64,000 bases of DNA from a virus (lineage: Duplodnaviria > Caudoviricetes), in the IMG/VR virus record IMGVR_UViG_3300037418_002332. One strand, written 5' to 3'. A model generated the notes under the pieces. It saw only the letters and a list, made by a program, of their open reading frames with translations. It was not told the origin of the DNA and made no database searches. Made by a program: the position numbers and the translations under genes. Positions within the stretch are counted from its first letter, which is position 1; each line of letters begins with the position of its first letter. Below, piece by piece: positions 1 through 8,410 of the stretch.

Positions 1-1525
1 GGTTATTTATAATGTCGTGCACAGATAAGATTGTACCTTTACGAATAGGTTCTGAACTGAAATCGGTACCAAATACAAACTTATTTGAAAGCAAATCGTT
101 ATATGACAAGTCTGCTATGTCCAAATAATTCAACTGGTCAATGTCAACATAATCATCCAGCTTCTGTATAGTAATAGAGTTCAATCCCGTGGATGTGTCT
201 CGATTGTACCTAAAGGTTGAAATATTGGAATTGAATACAGAAGATGTTCTCAATCTGACAATTAATCCTGAAACCTCTGAGTACACCCATCTATCTCGAA
301 GCTTATACACGCCTGGACTTATAACACTTTGAATGGTTACTTCCGTTGATCGCTTACTTACAGGTGCATAAATCTCAAGTACATCCCCGGCAACTGCCGC
401 AGCCATACCAGTGACTGTAATGTTCTGTCCACTAACAACTCCAGTGCCACTAGATGAAACTGTATCCGTAATAAATGAAGCATAGTTGACAGCATTGAAT
501 GTATATTCCAAAATGTATCGACCAGCAATTTGACCTCGGTGAACGTCTGATTCCAATGAGAAGTTAAAGAAGTCATTCAATGGAATATTATATGAGATTT
601 CCTTTGAGTACTGTGGAACGAATGAGTTGACATCCAAAGTATTGTCAAGTTCAATTCTCAAATTGTATTCACCGAAGAAAATAGATCCTGCTGGGTGGGC
701 GAGTTCCTTCAATACATCTGAGTAAGCAGATGGGTCCTTAGCTGATTTGATAACATAACTGAACTCTTGATAGTAATGGTTGTCTTGAAGGACACGATCA
801 CTACTAAGCCAACCATCCGTTGTCAAATATTTTCCAGGGTATGTGGTGAACCCGCCGAATGTCAGGGTGCCAATTTCTAAATTTTCTAGCTTTGAGAGAA
901 GCCTTTCGCCATCCACGTAGTTCCCAAATTTATTACTAATGAAAACTTCCGTTACTATGACAGAATCTTCAAGTCTCTGTTCAATCCTTTGTATTTTAGA
1001 TATCGCCCCCGAAGCCGCACCTACAAGAAAGTCATTAGACGAGATGTTCTCAATTGGAACACTCGGCAAAATCTTGAGGGATTCTTCAACAGACCATCTC
1101 CCGTCACTAGCGCGCAAGATATACTTACCTGGATAGTCGAATTCAACATCTTCATTGTATAGTATGCGGAACAACAAAGTAATTGCTGACTCTGTACCTT
1201 TTGCTTTATAGAAGTCTTTGATGTTCTTCAGAAGCAGTCTTTCATCCACCTGCAAGTTCGATGGAATGTCACGCATGAATTCATCAATCAAAAACTTCTC
1301 AAATTGCTGATAACCATTTCCCTTATAGTCCAAATCATTGAAGTCCATAATGCGTCTTGACCAGTAGTCAGGTCCACCAGTGTTATTAGTGCCTGTATTT
1401 GATTCCATCCATTCATAGTAATACTTGATGAATAGTGGAAATGTACTTTCCTCAAAGTCGAAGAACTGTGGAAGTTGATCAGCGACTTTAAGTGATTTGA
1501 ATCTACCAGTAAGTGGATTTGTCAT
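1..1525 (-). CDS. gp7: Baseplate wedge subunit, gp7-like (3' end runs off the window)
   Basis: My translation from ATG at 1525 (MTNPLTGRFKSLKVADQLPQFFDFEE...FIKYYYEWME...KNIKDFYKAKGTESAITLLFRILYNE...HPAG) appears open to the window edge. It is absent from the ORF track because no stop is reached. Lies downstream of gp6. Confidence 0.7.
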   Translation of the reverse strand, partial: MTNPLTGRFKSLKVADQLPQFFDFEESTFPLFIKYYYEWMESNTGTNNTGGPDYWSRRIMDFNDLDYKGNGYQQFEKFLIDEFMRDIPSNLQVDERLLLKNIKDFYKAKGTESAITLLFRILYNEDVEFDYPGKYILRASDGRWSVEESLKILPSVPIENISSNDFLVGAASGAISKIQRIEQRLEDSVIVTEVFISNKFGNYVDGERLLSKLENLEIGTLTFGGFTTYPGKYLTTDGWLSSDRVLQDNHYYQEFSYVIKSAKDPSAYSDVLKELAHPAGSIFFGEYNLRIELDNTLDVNSFVPQYSKEISYNIPLNDFFNFSLESDVHRGQIAGRYILEYTFNAVNYASFITDTVSSSGTGVVSGQNITVTGMAAAVAGDVLEIYAPVSKRSTEVTIQSVISPGVYKLRDRWVYSEVSGLIVRLRTSSVFNSNISTFRYNRDTSTGLNSITIQKLDDYVDIDQLNYLDIADLSYNDLLSNKFVFGTDFSSEPIRKGTILSVHDIINN

Positions 1526-1632
1526 TTATGTTAGTATTCCAATGGTAACTTCAGAAGTAATTCTTCCTGAATTGTGTTGTTTTTATTTTGTAGAACCTTG
1601 ATAGTCATCATAGATTCAGGCATATAATAGTT

Positions 1633-1740
1633 CCTCGCGTGCGCGAGAAGTTTTGAGTCAGTATGACGAAAAATCTTCCCAATAAGTGTGTAACAAGTAA
1701 TTGAAAGTGACAAGTTAACCCCAGTGAATGAATCGTTAAC
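1633..1740 (-). other. Conserved non-coding element, copy A (homologous to 41533-41641)
   Basis: Minus strand reads GGGTTAACTTGTCA...TTTTTCGTCATACTGACTCAAAACTTCTCGCGCACGCGAGG, which aligns with the plus-strand element upstream of uvsY. Confidence 0.7.
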
Positions 1741-1786
1741 CGGCCGATGACTGAAGAGCGAAAATACATCCAAACTGTTTTCCACC

Positions 1787-2030
1787 GTGGTCAGAGTCAA
1801 GATTTTATATACATGCTTCTGTACTTTGCCAAAAGCTGATCGTCGGGTTAGTCCACTGCTCAGAGAGTCGTTCCATGATATTCAAATCCTTTTCACCCAG
1901 TGGTCAGAGTCATCATCTATACTTGGGGAGATCCTATATTTTACTATGGCACTCCTTGTCAATACAATCGATTGCTCTCAGGCTTAGTCAACTGCTCAGA
2001 GTATGATTCACCGAATTTGAACTGCTCAGA
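1787..2030. repeat. Five degenerate 12-bp direct repeats (minus-strand consensus ACTCTGASCAST)
   Basis: Plus strand GTGGTCAGAGTCA at 1787-1799 and 1900-1912; TTAGTC(C/A)ACTGCTCAGAG at 1848-1865 and 1984-2001; ACTGCTCAGA at 2021-2030. Confidence 0.75.
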
Positions 2031-2083
2031 TAGTGATTCCAAGAGTTTATCAACCATATCCACTATTCAGTCCACTCATTCAC

Positions 2084-3973
2084 TTACAATGTAACCAATG
2101 TTCCTGTCACTGAGGATGACAACAGTGGGGATACATTGCCAGTTACATCCAATATGCCAGACTTTGTAATCTGGTTGTTTTTACTGTCAATAATGAACAA
2201 TCTTGGGTTGCTTATCAGTACAATCTGATTCAATGTCTGTGTATAGTCACGTGAATTAGGAGTTACATACAATCTCATTTCAGGTTCATCATCTTCTAGT
2301 GAGGTGAAATACATTGACTTTAGATTTACTTCACCAGTACCATAGTCAACTGTACCAACATTTGCGTTGAATATTCTTTTTACATTAGTATTGTCAATAT
2401 AGAACTGTCTAAGTTTACCAGCACCATCATCTTCCAGATACATGGTTTTATCAGACTGTACCACTTTGAAGCCTGAGCTAGTCAAACCACCAAGATAGCC
2501 ATCATATGGATGTTTTATTGCAGCACCAAATTGAAGTTTGTAGGAGATAGTAGAACCAAATATAGGAACGAATCTCTTTTCCAATTCAATATCAGTTTCA
2601 TTGCCTTGGATTGATCTATCAGCATTATCGATTAGTTTAATGAATGAAGAGTATCTGAAGCTTTTTCCAAAGTTTGAGAGATAGTTCATTTCATACTGTT
2701 GTACAGATAGCTGAATTGAATTATAGATTTCATCTGGAGTTTTTGTTGTTTTGGTGGAATCATATGTAGCACGGATCGTTGGTTTAATGAACGTGAATAT
2801 AGGATCAATGATTAGAGGTTCAGTTGTTACGAGATTCTTGGTGCGCATTGCCGCAACAATTTCATTCTTGGTTACGAGAGGCAGCGCATATCCATCGAAT
2901 GGTTTGATTGATAGAATTACTTTGCCATATAGTGGTGTCCAATGGTCTTCACCACCCCATACATTTACTGATTGTACATATGGGAAGTTGGTATATACGA
3001 AGTTTTCATAGTCCTTGGTTGTTACTAGGCGATTTTGTGCGAAATAACTGTTAGGAGCATTGAAACGAATGGATTCAATTGACTCACGTTCCTTACCATT
3101 CAGTGAACGTTCAACGACTGTTACTTTGGTAGGAGTGTATTTCTGTGTTGCGTCCAAGAGATTTTGAGCGATATAGCCAACTGCCTTGAATGATGCCAAT
3201 CCATTGCCTGCGGCGCCATCAGTTGTCAGATACTCAATATTAATCTGATTGCCATTTTGTAGTGCTTTGCCGAGGACATCATTGCCGAAATACAATTCAT
3301 ATTGTTCATCGGAGTTTTCCTGTATGAAGTACACGTCATCGTCAGGTGTAATGTCAACGATGCTGGACACTGGCTTTAGGAATGTCAGGTCAGATGATTG
3401 GGCATTTGGTTGTACTGAAACAATTAGAGTTGAGATGTCAACATTGCGTTCAAGTATAGGATAGAATGGAGTGGTGTCACTGTATGTATAAACTTGTTTC
3501 AGAACATTGCCTTGGTAGATCGGAATGGTCTTTTCATAGGTGTTGTTCACGTTTACAATTGAGTAATCCTGAATAGTGGCAAATTGGTAATTCACACCAT
3601 CCTTGGTTGATTGGAATATAGATCCCTTAGGGATTTTCAATTGTGGTGGATTACCAGCAGGTTGGAACTGGACTGATACACGAGCAACAGCAGCTGTAGC
3701 TGATTTTGGTGTGTAACCGAGTTTCTTTGCGTTCGTTACAACATTAGCACGAATTTGGGCTGTATCAAGATATGTTTCATTGATAGCCATGTTGGTATAG
3801 AATGAGTTCATGTAAGTGTTATAAGCAAGGATATCCAACATGTATGAAAGTGTAGATCCTTCGAAATCATAGTCAGTGAATTCGGTTTTATTTGCGATGA
3901 ATGTCTTCAAATTCTGCTTGATTTTAGAGAATTGAAGATCAGATACTTGTAACTCTGTATTTGCCGAAAACAT
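2084..3973 (-). CDS. gp6: Baseplate wedge subunit gp6
   Basis: 629 aa; N-terminal LQFSKIKQNLK...DYDFEGSTLSYMLDILAYNTY motif; RLVTTKDY; VWGGED; follows gp25. Confidence 0.93.
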   Translation of the reverse strand: MFSANTELQVSDLQFSKIKQNLKTFIANKTEFTDYDFEGSTLSYMLDILAYNTYMNSFYTNMAINETYLDTAQIRANVVTNAKKLGYTPKSATAAVARVSVQFQPAGNPPQLKIPKGSIFQSTKDGVNYQFATIQDYSIVNVNNTYEKTIPIYQGNVLKQVYTYSDTTPFYPILERNVDISTLIVSVQPNAQSSDLTFLKPVSSIVDITPDDDVYFIQENSDEQYELYFGNDVLGKALQNGNQINIEYLTTDGAAGNGLASFKAVGYIAQNLLDATQKYTPTKVTVVERSLNGKERESIESIRFNAPNSYFAQNRLVTTKDYENFVYTNFPYVQSVNVWGGEDHWTPLYGKVILSIKPFDGYALPLVTKNEIVAAMRTKNLVTTEPLIIDPIFTFIKPTIRATYDSTKTTKTPDEIYNSIQLSVQQYEMNYLSNFGKSFRYSSFIKLIDNADRSIQGNETDIELEKRFVPIFGSTISYKLQFGAAIKHPYDGYLGGLTSSGFKVVQSDKTMYLEDDGAGKLRQFYIDNTNVKRIFNANVGTVDYGTGEVNLKSMYFTSLEDDEPEMRLYVTPNSRDYTQTLNQIVLISNPRLFIIDSKNNQITKSGILDVTGNVSPLLSSSVTGTLVTL

Positions 3974-4374
3974 TAGCGAACTCTTTCTAGAAATACTTCA
4001 ACAGTTTCCTTACGAACTCTGTTAATAGGTGTGAATGTAATAGTGATATTGATGCCATTGCGATCCAGTGTTTCATTATTTGAAATTGCTACATCATTAA
4101 GGATAGCACGTGGTTCAAATTGTAGAACTTGTTCAATTTTGCTTTTCAATACAGACACAAGAATAGGATCGAAGTTTTCAAATAGAGAACCGAGAACACC
4201 ACTGTAGATATCACTGTTGTAGAACTTTTCATATGCGTTGGTCAGGACTAGATTTCTGACTGATCTTTTGATAGCATTCACATTGGTGAGAACTGGTATA
4301 TCCTTGGTAACAGGATGTGGACGGAAGTAGAAATCCACATCAGAATATGCTACTTCTTTAATTTCAGTTGACAT
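3973..4374 (-). CDS. gp25: Baseplate wedge subunit gp25
   Basis: 133 aa; YSDVDF.F..HPVTKD...AIKRSVRNLVLT...EPRA pattern; lies between PAAR and gp6. Confidence 0.9.
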   Translation of the reverse strand: MSTEIKEVAYSDVDFYFRPHPVTKDIPVLTNVNAIKRSVRNLVLTNAYEKFYNSDIYSGVLGSLFENFDPILVSVLKSKIEQVLQFEPRAILNDVAISNNETLDRNGINITITFTPINRVRKETVEVFLERVR

Positions 4375-4642
4375 AGAGTTTGGTCTGTCCTGTTGCTATA
4401 GTTGATGCACCACATGTGCGACTGTCATTATTTCGGTGGATCATGTTGCCATTCACCCAGAGTTTACCAGAGCCAGTTGCAGCTGCTGGATTTGGATGGA
4501 ATAGATTATCAGTGTCAGCAGATGAACCGACTACAACCACTTCAATACCACCAGCAAACATTTTGCCTCCTGTATTGTCAGCATGGAGAGCACCACCACC
4601 ATGGCTTTCTGGGTCACCTTTGACTGCTACAAGTTCCGACAT
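4364..4642 (-). CDS. PAAR-type spike tip protein (gp5.4-like)
   Basis: 92 aa, Gly-rich; GDPESHGG, HPNPAAATGS, VNG..IHR.ND..TCG pattern; downstream of gp5 with an AATAAATA box upstream. Confidence 0.8.
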   Translation of the reverse strand: MSELVAVKGDPESHGGGALHADNTGGKMFAGGIEVVVVGSSADTDNLFHPNPAAATGSGKLWVNGNMIHRNNDSRTCGASTIATGQTKLYVN

Positions 4643-4666
4643 ATCTGAAAATCCTTTAGTTCATGT

Positions 4667-4674
4667 TATTTATT
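4667..4674 (-). promoter_or_regulatory. T4-type late promoter variant (AATAAATA) for PAAR-gp25-gp6
   Basis: TATTTATT on the plus strand, about 25 nt upstream of the PAAR start. Confidence 0.55.
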
Positions 4675-4748
4675 TGAATCATGATTGATCGAGATTCATT
4701 TAATTTCAAGCATTTAAAATGAATCAATGAAATTTGAAGATTTTGGGA

Positions 4749-5294
4749 TTAGATACCCAGAATTGAGGTAAATCCTTGCTCAAATATTCCAGATAAATTA
4801 TCAATTGAAGAAAGTTTGGGAAAAGTATTGTTCAAAAGATTGGTCTTGATAGATTTCTCAGAGAAATTCATGCGCATGAATGATGAATTGCCATAAATTA
4901 ATGACAAACTGTCTGCTCTACCAGACAAATTCTGAATAGTTTTGGCAACATTGTACATATTATTCTCATATCCACGAATTTGGACATCAAAACTCTGACC
5001 GAGATTGGCAATTGATGACAAATTTGGGGAAAATGCTGACTTCAAAATCAAATCTCCACCAAATTCATTCAGTAATCCTTCAAGAAGTCCTTGGGCACCA
5101 AGTTGAAGATTCTTGGCAACTTGCCATGTAGGCAAAGTTGAACTGCCTGGTTTCAAAAATGCTGTGTATTGGGGAATAATTCTACCAAGAACATAGTGAT
5201 ATGCTCCAGATGTTGTATGACCCAGAATCAAATTCTGTGAAAGATTCAATCCTGTTCCAATAATTGTATTGGCATCTATGGTTGTTTTAATCAT
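4749..5294 (-). CDS. Peptidase M15-fold homologue, apparently catalytically inactive
   Basis: KNLQL.A..LLE.L..EFGGDLILKSAF...GQSFDV...VAK matches the M15A spacing, but the His ligands and the SGYR arginine are missing. Confidence 0.5.
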   Translation of the reverse strand: MIKTTIDANTIIGTGLNLSQNLILGHTTSGAYHYVLGRIIPQYTAFLKPGSSTLPTWQVAKNLQLGAQGLLEGLLNEFGGDLILKSAFSPNLSSIANLGQSFDVQIRGYENNMYNVAKTIQNLSGRADSLSLIYGNSSFMRMNFSEKSIKTNLLNNTFPKLSSIDNLSGIFEQGFTSILGI

Positions 5295-5960
5295 TTAGAG
5301 AGAATTCCTTCCAATATCAAATGGCAAGTGTGGGAACACGTTCTGCCCAACTTGCATTCTCTTAGTGAAATACTGAACAACTTCCTTATTCTTACGAATT
5401 ACTTGGTCATCAACTTTCAATTTGTAGAATATTTGTTGATCAAATTTAGATCCTACAGGACTTGCTTTTTCATATGGTTCATTTTGCGCTTTATCCAACA
5501 AAGTTTTTACTTGGCTGGCAGAATCTAACATGTATGCCATCATAACTTCAGAATTGAATGGTTGTCTGCCCAAAATTTGGTTCAATTCTGGAACATAACC
5601 TTTAATTTTGTCAATTAATGACTGGGCATCACCAGCATCTGAACGAGTATCAAGTTTCTTTTCATTGTCCAAAGCATAGATTAGAATTTCAATTGGAAAT
5701 TTTGACTTGTATGCTGCTTTAATTATGTCAGTCAGAACTTTTGGTTTGATATCTTCAGTCAAAAGTTCTTCCTTACTATTGGCATGTTGTCGATTTTGGT
5801 TCAAAGTATTCTTCAAACCAGATTCAGACAATAGAGGATGGTCATAATCTACAACATTTGATTTGACAGATTCATCGGCAGGTTCAGTATGACCTTCTGC
5901 TGTTTGTAATTCCTGGAAGAATCTAGTCATGAATGGGAATTGCAATGAAGTAAAATCCAT
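5295..5960 (-). CDS. Hypothetical baseplate-cluster protein, possibly a degenerate lysozyme-like/SLT fold
   Basis: 221 aa translationally coupled to gp5; L..ILGR.P..SE..MAY...LL...P...IFY...R...EV pattern resembles the C-terminal half of SLT-like domains. Confidence 0.35.
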   Translation of the reverse strand: MDFTSLQFPFMTRFFQELQTAEGHTEPADESVKSNVVDYDHPLLSESGLKNTLNQNRQHANSKEELLTEDIKPKVLTDIIKAAYKSKFPIEILIYALDNEKKLDTRSDAGDAQSLIDKIKGYVPELNQILGRQPFNSEVMMAYMLDSASQVKTLLDKAQNEPYEKASPVGSKFDQQIFYKLKVDDQVIRKNKEVVQYFTKRMQVGQNVFPHLPFDIGRNSL

Positions 5961-8410
5961 TAAACTGTACCTCCTGAATAATGCTCGAATGCTTCTTGGG
6001 TAGTTGTGCCACCAGTTTTGTTTGCTGAGTTTTTCAAATTGTCTTTGTTGACAACTTTGCGTTTTGGTGGAGCACCCAAATCAGATGATTCAGCACCTTC
6101 AACAGATTTGGACTTGCCTTCACCAACTCTCATGATGTCATCTGCTGTAACCAATGGTGATTTCAATCCAACTTGTGATCCAGCTTCAATATCAACATTT
6201 TTGGCACCCTTGATGGTGACACCTGATCTCCCTTCAATGTTTACATTTTTGTGTGCAAGTATGTCAATATCACCCATGGATTCAAATACAATTTTGTTGG
6301 CTCTGAATTTCAATTCATCACCAACTGATACCAGATAGTCACCGGAAATTAGCAATGAACCATCACCGCCCATGTTAACAACCATTGCACCATCTGATTG
6401 TAAATTCATATCAGATGTTGAACGGATATGCATATCATTTACTGAGGTCAAGAAGTATTTGCCCATGACACCTTGGTAACTGTCGCCATAATTGGATTGG
6501 TAATAGTTGCCATGAATTCTGAAAGCTGCTGAACCATCACCGAACATTTCCAAACCAGTTCCTGAACCAGCTTCAATGTTGACACGTTCAGCACCAGGAG
6601 TGTCATCAAGTTCAATTATGTGACCAGCACGTGTAGACTTGGTATGATTGTATGGATACTGTGGAGCAGCTTTTAGTTCAGGTTCACCAAATGTACCAAT
6701 ATCACCAGCTGCTGGCATACCAGTCATTCTACCACTATCTTTTGCCAAAAGTCTGGTTTGATTAGAATATGAATTGAAACCACGTGCATTCATATGTGTA
6801 CTTGGTTCACCACGATATTCAGGTGTAGGCAATGAATTTGTTGGGTCTTGATAACCACGAGGATTGCCATCTGGAACTGCGTTGCCTGTAGCAAATGCAT
6901 TAGCATTTGCAAGTCTAGATCTACTTGAAGCAGAATTTGGATCACCATGACCGGAATACACTTCATAGGCAGAACCAAATCCCAAAGTTGCTTCAGAAAC
7001 TGAACCAGCACTTGACAATGCGGAAACTGCTGATTTATGTGTTGTCTGAAGTTCATGATCCATGAAGTCAAGTTGTTGACTCAATGAAGGAGTTGCTGTA
7101 CCAGTGTAATTCTGAAGTGCAGTGTATCTATCACCATTCCATTGTGCAATACCATATGAAACTTTACCATTTGAATCGATGGTTCTAGCATTTGGATTGA
7201 AACCAGATTCAGTTTGCAAGTTGCCCATGATACCAGCAATTTGCGTATCGTTATATCCTTGAGCTTTTAGATGGTTATAAACAGCTTCTTGATTTGCTGT
7301 TCTAGTTTGAATTCCTTTGGAATCATTAGGATCAGCATTTTCATCTTTTGATCCTTGGGAAGTTGAAACACCTGACAATCCTGGTTTACCATGATACCAA
7401 CCAGCTTCTGTAATTGCTGATCTAAACCATGGTTCTGATGCACCAAGCCAAGTTCTACCTCTCAATGTGTCAATGTGAATGAAATTCTGTGACCAGTAAA
7501 TACCAAATCCAACAAAACCACGTTTGACTGCCATTTTACCAAATGCTGCTAAATTTGCTTTTGAACCACCACCAATTGAACTGAATGGAATATCAATAGC
7601 ACGACCAGTGGTGTGTGGACCATGAGGACCTGTATGCGCAACTTTCATGTTGTACGCAGGTGTACGATAAGCAGATGTTAATGCAAATTTGCCTTTACCA
7701 ACATCTTCAGTAAGTTTTTCAAGTGCTAGTGCTGTATTGTAATGCATACGCAAAGATGCTAATCCATCTTTACATGCGAAACCATCGGGAGCAGCACGCC
7801 AAGTGTAATATTTGAATCCAAGTTCTTTCCATCTTGGAGCATCTTTTGGTTGAAGATATTGATTGATATCGCCAACTGCTGTCATGGCTCCTTGGCCTTG
7901 TGCAGACTGATTGGTGTATGGTACAGTAGAATCAGGTGATGGATTACCACCAAGTGTAGATTGTCCGGAAGAATTGTTATATGGTGCAGCTGCCTGATTA
8001 TCTTCAGTCGTTTCACCACCATGATAGTCTCCTTTATTCAGGAAACCAGTGGATGTACCTGATGGTTGACCAGGTGCTTCTGGTCTATGAATACCAGGAA
8101 CAGAATGTGTTACAACTGGATATTGGGCATCACGACCATCCATGAAGAAACCATATACCCATGATCCACGTTCAAGACCATTTGGAGATTCACCAACACC
8201 AGAAATAGATGCAGAAGTCGTTGGTGTTAATACCAGTGCCCATGGTAATGCATCTGTTGGTATTTCATTTGTATCTTCAGTGTGGTAATGGAAACAACGA
8301 ACCTTGACTCTACCAAGATTCATTGGATCAACATTATCTTCAACAACACCCCAGAACTTTGTATTATGTTCTAGTGCGTTCTTTTTGATTTCTTCAAAGT
8401 AATTTTCCAT
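5960..8410 (-). CDS. gp5: Baseplate central spike gp5 (OB fold + M15 peptidase + phage tail lysozyme + beta-helix)
   Basis: N-terminal FWGVVEDNVDPMNLGRVKVRC...LPWA...GSWVYGFFMDG..AQYPVV (gp5 OB); SAYR...H..G.AID...FIHID; IAGIMGNLQTESGFNP; C-terminal YPYN...GHIIELDDTPGAERV and beta-strand repeats. Confidence 0.92.
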   Translation of the reverse strand: MENYFEEIKKNALEHNTKFWGVVEDNVDPMNLGRVKVRCFHYHTEDTNEIPTDALPWALVLTPTTSASISGVGESPNGLERGSWVYGFFMDGRDAQYPVVTHSVPGIHRPEAPGQPSGTSTGFLNKGDYHGGETTEDNQAAAPYNNSSGQSTLGGNPSPDSTVPYTNQSAQGQGAMTAVGDINQYLQPKDAPRWKELGFKYYTWRAAPDGFACKDGLASLRMHYNTALALEKLTEDVGKGKFALTSAYRTPAYNMKVAHTGPHGPHTTGRAIDIPFSSIGGGSKANLAAFGKMAVKRGFVGFGIYWSQNFIHIDTLRGRTWLGASEPWFRSAITEAGWYHGKPGLSGVSTSQGSKDENADPNDSKGIQTRTANQEAVYNHLKAQGYNDTQIAGIMGNLQTESGFNPNARTIDSNGKVSYGIAQWNGDRYTALQNYTGTATPSLSQQLDFMDHELQTTHKSAVSALSSAGSVSEATLGFGSAYEVYSGHGDPNSASSRSRLANANAFATGNAVPDGNPRGYQDPTNSLPTPEYRGEPSTHMNARGFNSYSNQTRLLAKDSGRMTGMPAAGDIGTFGEPELKAAPQYPYNHTKSTRAGHIIELDDTPGAERVNIEAGSGTGLEMFGDGSAAFRIHGNYYQSNYGDSYQGVMGKYFLTSVNDMHIRSTSDMNLQSDGAMVVNMGGDGSLLISGDYLVSVGDELKFRANKIVFESMGDIDILAHKNVNIEGRSGVTIKGAKNVDIEAGSQVGLKSPLVTADDIMRVGEGKSKSVEGAESSDLGAPPKRKVVNKDNLKNSANKTGGTTTQEAFEHYSGGTV

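Noticed and set aside
1787-2030. Repeats as a mini-CRISPR array
   Set aside because: The repeats are only 10-18 bp, spacing is irregular (about 30-92 nt), there are two subtypes and no cas genes.
1531-2094. ORF-track calls 1531..1800(-), 1787..1987(+) and 1900..2094(+)
   Set aside because: Near-cognate starts without SD, mutually overlapping, no motifs; the region is better explained by non-coding repeats. A small ORF cannot be fully excluded.
3973-4374. gp25 as a lysozyme
   Set aside because: gp25-family proteins are structural wedge/sheath-initiation subunits; no catalytic motif is seen.
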